A DNA stretch of 50,267 nt from Craspedostauros australis. Taxonomy: Eukaryota. The notes below the pieces were generated by a model. The model saw nothing but the letters and a program-made list of their open reading frames with translations. It did no database searches and was not told the origin of the DNA. The position numbers and the translations under genes are program-made. Each line of letters starts with the position of its first letter. Within the stretch, counting starts at the first letter, position 1. Location of the stretch: assembly GCA_030167865.1 (NCBI GenBank), contig JALAGF010005359.1, positions 1-50,267 of the forward strand. The letters are read 5' to 3'. This document shows, piece after piece, positions 46,396 to 50,267 of this stretch.

Positions 46396-48441
46396 GGTTC
46401 TCGTTGTCTGTGTGTGGACCTCCGAGATGCGGTGAGAGTCGTGCTGCTTGCGGCACTCTCGAGAGTATGAGTGCGTATTTACACGACGCTGCACAACGCT
46501 GCCGAAAAGAGTCGGTGGGTGGATTCTGAGTGAGCTTTATCTGGGTGCGCGCAACGATGATCGCGACACGCTTCTCTTGTTTTGTTGGAATCGCCTGGCG
46601 CAGTGGGGATGCAAGTGTGAGGGGTTCAAATCGAGACGTTCTCGCTTTGTTGTTGACGATACTGTGGTGATCCAAGACAGCAGCAATACGAGCTTCCAGT
46701 ACCGCGACTGTGGTGTTGATGTGGTTGGTTCCACTGTGCGACGTAACAGTTTTATGACCGTAATGTGGGAGTGCTCTGTGGTTTATAAATCGTACGAGCT
46801 ATGCACGAGAATGAGTACGACCATGAATGCGAGTGAGTGTGCTGATGGCGTACGCAGAGTATGTATGGCATGGATGCAGCAGTTGCTGTCCCGCATGCTC
46901 TGGTGCGCTCCCGGCGCGACGTGATTCCATCACCTGTCGCACATGTGTCAGAAGGCAGACAGTCCACGGATAGTCCTTTGTGTGTTCGTATCTTTCAGAA
47001 CACGGCGCAGCAGTGGTGTTCTGTGCGAAGTTTTGTTCCCAGGTGAGTTGGGGCTACTTATTGCGTCGCTCCGGTACTGGCTTCGACTGCCCTGCAGAGT
47101 TCACGTGGACATCGTTTGTCACACACCAGGTGACGAACGAGTGGCTACTTGTTGCGCCAATTTTCGCGGCGGAGCCAAAATGTTTCGTGTTCGCGTGTAA
47201 GCAGTTCGTACAAAGAGTCACAAAGGCCAAGTGCGCTCGAGTGGAGTGTATGGTACTCTGCGCACACAAACTCTGACAATTCTCTGCTCTGCTCGTACCC
47301 ACCCTTGCGTGCCTGCGAGCCACCTCCATTGCAATTCATCACGATTCCCCTCAAAGAGACAGAGCAGCATCAAACAGAGTAATTGTATTTCTCTCTATAT
47401 TTCATCGGACAAACCTCAGCAACGACATTCGTTTCGATGTGAAATCTGGGACCTATTGTGTTCTGTGATCTTCTGATGGTGTTCGTGGTTGAAGCATGCA
47501 TTCGTTCTCTAGCTTGCAGCTCCCACGCCAATGAAGTTAACTCCTTCTATTCTCTCCCTCTTTGCTCTCTCATGTTGAAAACAGGACAATTCACAATGGC
47601 CCATTGCTAGTACACAGACATTGAAATGGTTGCTGTTGAGCTGCTTCAGTGCGTAGTACCGCATTCTGGGCCATGGGAATACAATGCAATGCAATACAAT
47701 AGAATATTGGAAACGCTTTCCAGCAACATCGACTGAGGAAGCTGCATCGGAAACTTCAACTTGGCTTTGCGAGTGGACGCTGGGAAAGTGAATTCAAGAT
47801 GTATCCCAAGTAATTTTGTCCAAAGTTTGCGGGCATGCTGTCGCCATCGTCGTCGTAGTTGTTTTTGGTGCATTCGGTGCTCTTCGTGGCGATGGTTTTC
47901 ATACACTTTCTGTACTCGTACTCTTACTTGCGATCGTGCAGGCCCGAAAGTCAGTGTTTCCGATTTCGCAAGGTGAGGTTTCTGTCGTTCTGCAGGAGCA
48001 AGCATTACCCTAAGTCCGTCTCGATCGAGACGACGTGTTTCCATCCCATCACACAGGCCCCTCCCGCGTGCGCGTGGCGATTGGCGTTTGTGAATGGCAT
48101 CACGACCGGTTCATTCTGGTCCACTTCGTCACCCTTCAGTTATCCGCCGAATTCGCCGTAACAACGATAGAAACTCCGTGCTTCCCCCTCCCTCTTGGGG
48201 CAGAGGTGGCAGAGTTCAGAGTCAACCACGCCCGCACGCCTTGGCAGAATATAGTATTGATACTCCAGACCATTGCACTTGATGTAGGTCGAAACAACTC
48301 TCCCTTGAAATCCAAGGGGTTGGACCGACGAGTCGTCATTCTCCGCCAATCGGTGCCAAAAGATGTACTGGTCCCAGAATGCGCGCTCCAACAAAACGGG
48401 TGAAGCGTGCAAATCCGAACCCTCTTGAGGCCAATGCCAGC

Positions 48442-48463
48442 AGAGAGAGAGAGAGAGAGAGAG
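48442..48463. repeat. (GA)n microsatellite
   Basis: agagagagagagagagagaga. Confidence 0.9.
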
Positions 48464-49276
48464 AACAGGAGGCAACAGGGACCAGAACCCAAAACATGAC
48501 TGCTCCCCGATAACAACATTGATGATCCTCACGCAACCAACCATAGACCAGCGGCAGTTGGCTTGAGCTGTCCACGTCAGCGTCACGCTCGCACTACGTA
48601 TAATAGTTCGATGCCTCCTTGTCTTGAATGGCGAGCTTTCTGTCGTGTGCAACTGTGATCCCAAAGACGGCCAGTTTCTCCAGAACACGGCGAAATCGAA
48701 AAGGCAACAAGACCAACGTCACAACACAGAACGCTACCAAAACTTGCGCGTTTGGATGCTTGTTTCTCTGTGCCTAATCCATCAGCCGCGCAAACCACGC
48801 CACATGGCTCATCAGTGCACATCATACGCGTCGACAGGCTCATACTCATACATACTCGCACAATTTGCCGTGGTAGATTGTCGTTGTACGTGGGTGGAGT
48901 GCGATCTATGTATTAGCCATGTATAATGCGGGCTATGTCCCTTCAAATAGCAACAACATCAGGAACACGAACAGCACCAAAAAGGGCCCCTGTTGGGGTT
49001 TTGTTCACCTCGCCAAGGCGCCAGTGACACAAGCGCCCGATCTGCGAGCCAGAGAACGGAGAGAGGCACATACCTACCAATTCAACCATCACCTCATCAA
49101 AAATGGATGTGAGTAACAAATACATTGGAGATGTATTGAAGCGAAAGTGGTGTCAAGTGATGGTGAAAGGATCGTCTGAACGGATTATGACCGAAGTCTT
49201 TGTTTTTGTTTTGGGTGATCTCGTTTGTGTTTGCCTTTTCTTCGTTTCGCTGCTGTTTCGCTGCTTTGCTGCTGCT

Positions 49277-49343
49277 TTGGTCTGTGCGTGGTCTGTGCGT
49301 GGTTTGTGCGTGGTGTGCGCGTGGTGTGCGCGTGGTGTGCGCG
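49277..49343. repeat. 11-bp tandem repeat (GTGGTGTGCGC-like, about 6 copies) inside the putative LTR
   Basis: tggtctgtgcg tggtctgtgcg tggtttgtgcg tggtgtgcgcg tggtgtgcgcg tggtgtgcgcg. Confidence 0.85.
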
Positions 49344-49384
49344 TGCCTTCGATCTTTGACACGTTCGGTTGCTGTTCTGCTTCC

Positions 49385-50267
49385 CTACCGGTTTGTGGTC
49401 GACCCGCTTGACCACTTCTCTTCGTTACGCCCCTTCAGGGTATGACGGGGAGTGTACACGTGCGTAGCCTGATATACATGTACGAATGCATGGACCATGT
49501 TGTCATGTGATGTACTTGCGGTTGGCTCAGCTGGTGGAATCTTCGTCGTCTCCTTGGCTTTCTTCAGGTGTGCAGGTGCTCGGAATATGGACATCCGGAT
49601 GAGGCGATGGAAGACAGCTTTCGATACTGGTTTTGTGAGTAGATCAGCTTCATTGTCGTGTGACGTGATGTGAAGGAATCGCACGGCTCCTGCTGCGATG
49701 GCTTCCCTGACACGGTGGTAAGCGATGCCACAATGCTTCTTCTTGAGGACGCTTGACGGGACTGTCGTATTCAACACCACAGACTTGTTGTCACCAAGTA
49801 GGATCGCAGGTTCAGGGATGGGAACGCCCAGTACGCGCAGTGCCGTCCTGAGTTCCATGATCATGTCNNNNNNNNNNNNNGCTGCAACGAGTTCAGCACC
49901 ATATGTTGATGACTCGACTGTGTTTTGTCGCTTGCTGAAGGAACGGACAACCATCCCATTGATTTTGGCGACGATGCCAGTGACAGAACGTCGGGTTACA
50001 ACATCATGTGCATGGTCAGCATCGACGTATACTGTGATGTATGCAGGTTTCCCTTTGGGTGGTGGCATGTTGTGTGGTGTTGCTTCTTCTGCTTGTGGGT
50101 AGTACTCCATCCATTTCTCATCATCCGTTTGTGGTTGCATGGGGTGATCTGGTGGTGTGGGATCGCAGAGTAGTCGTCCATTTCGGTGTGATTTCAGGTA
50201 GCCGAACACACGGATCATGGCCTTGAGGTGGCCTTGACGTGGGGCCATCGAGAACCGAGAGAGGGAC
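49385..50267 (-). CDS. Copia pol polyprotein C-terminal part (RT end and RNase H), 5'-truncated by the window
   Basis: Open frame across a small N gap. It reads LSRFSMAPRQGHL...VFGYLK and then the Copia RNase H catalytic D/E/D motifs. Confidence 0.9.
   Translation of the reverse strand, partial: SLSRFSMAPRQGHLKAMIRVFGYLKSHRNGRLLCDPTPPDHPMQPQTDDEKWMEYYPQAEEATPHNMPPPKGKPAYITVYVDADHAHDVVTRRSVTGIVAKINGMVVRSFSKRQNTVESSTYGAELVAXXXXXDMIMELRTALRVLGVPIPEPAILLGDNKSVVLNTTVPSSVLKKKHCGIAYHRVREAIAAGAVRFLHITSHDNEADLLTKPVSKAVFHRLIRMSIFRAPAHLKKAKETTKIPPAEPTASTSHDNMVHAFVHVYQATHVYTPRHTLKGRNEEKWSSGSTTNR

Larger units (their letters stand above)
48924..50267 (-). mobile_element. Ty1/Copia LTR retrotransposon, 3' end (end of RT, RNase H, PPT and putative 3' LTR about 49427-48924)
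   Basis: RNase H motifs are YVDADHAHDVVTRRSVTG, SKRQNTVESSTYGAELVA, GDNKSVV, SVLKKKH and NEADLLTK. A purine tract GAAGGGG on the minus strand near 49436-49430 is followed by a non-coding segment. The element runs off the window edge. Confidence 0.9.

Noticed and set aside
47000..48900. Short ORFs upstream of the HSF gene
   Set aside because: No domain evidence; probably regulatory or intergenic.
1..50267. tRNA, rRNA, snRNA, CRISPR array or telomeric repeats
   Set aside because: None were seen by eye. A GTTCGAATC at about 21622 lies inside a CDS without a cloverleaf. An Infernal or tRNAscan run would be needed to exclude small RNAs.

Overview
Eukaryotic nuclear DNA, most likely from a diatom. 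The evidence is a bipartite plastid-targeting presequence with an 'EA-FAP' motif, diatom-type HSF and sulfotransferase-like families, and a Copia-type retroelement. Spliceosomal GT-AG introns are fairly long (about 165-520 nt). The left edge holds a decayed DDE DNA-transposon and the right edge holds the 3' end of a Ty1/Copia retrotransposon. Between them are 14 protein-coding genes: a mitochondrial carnitine-carrier-like SLC25 protein, a twin-CX9C NDUFAF8-like protein, XPG/RAD2, a CDPK, a SulP-STAS-cNMP transporter, a TMEM87/GPR107-like 7TM protein, a hypothetical membrane-anchored protein, CCT6, a plastid PH-domain protein, two sulfotransferase-like paralogues, a diatom-family 'CxRGLE' protein, a 30-aa-repeat coiled-coil protein and an HSF. 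The most striking observation is a predicted 2-nt microexon (TG, 37830-37831) needed to keep one sulfotransferase-like gene in frame, and the intronless paralogue in the same window supports it. Other highlights are XPA-like GGGF motifs in the XPG spacer, an uncharacterised repeat protein ending in tandem ATG8-interacting-like motifs, a putative LTR with non-canonical TA...TA ends, and a strongly over-represented intergenic TACTCGTA motif. All calls come from reading the sequence by eye; no database searches were run.
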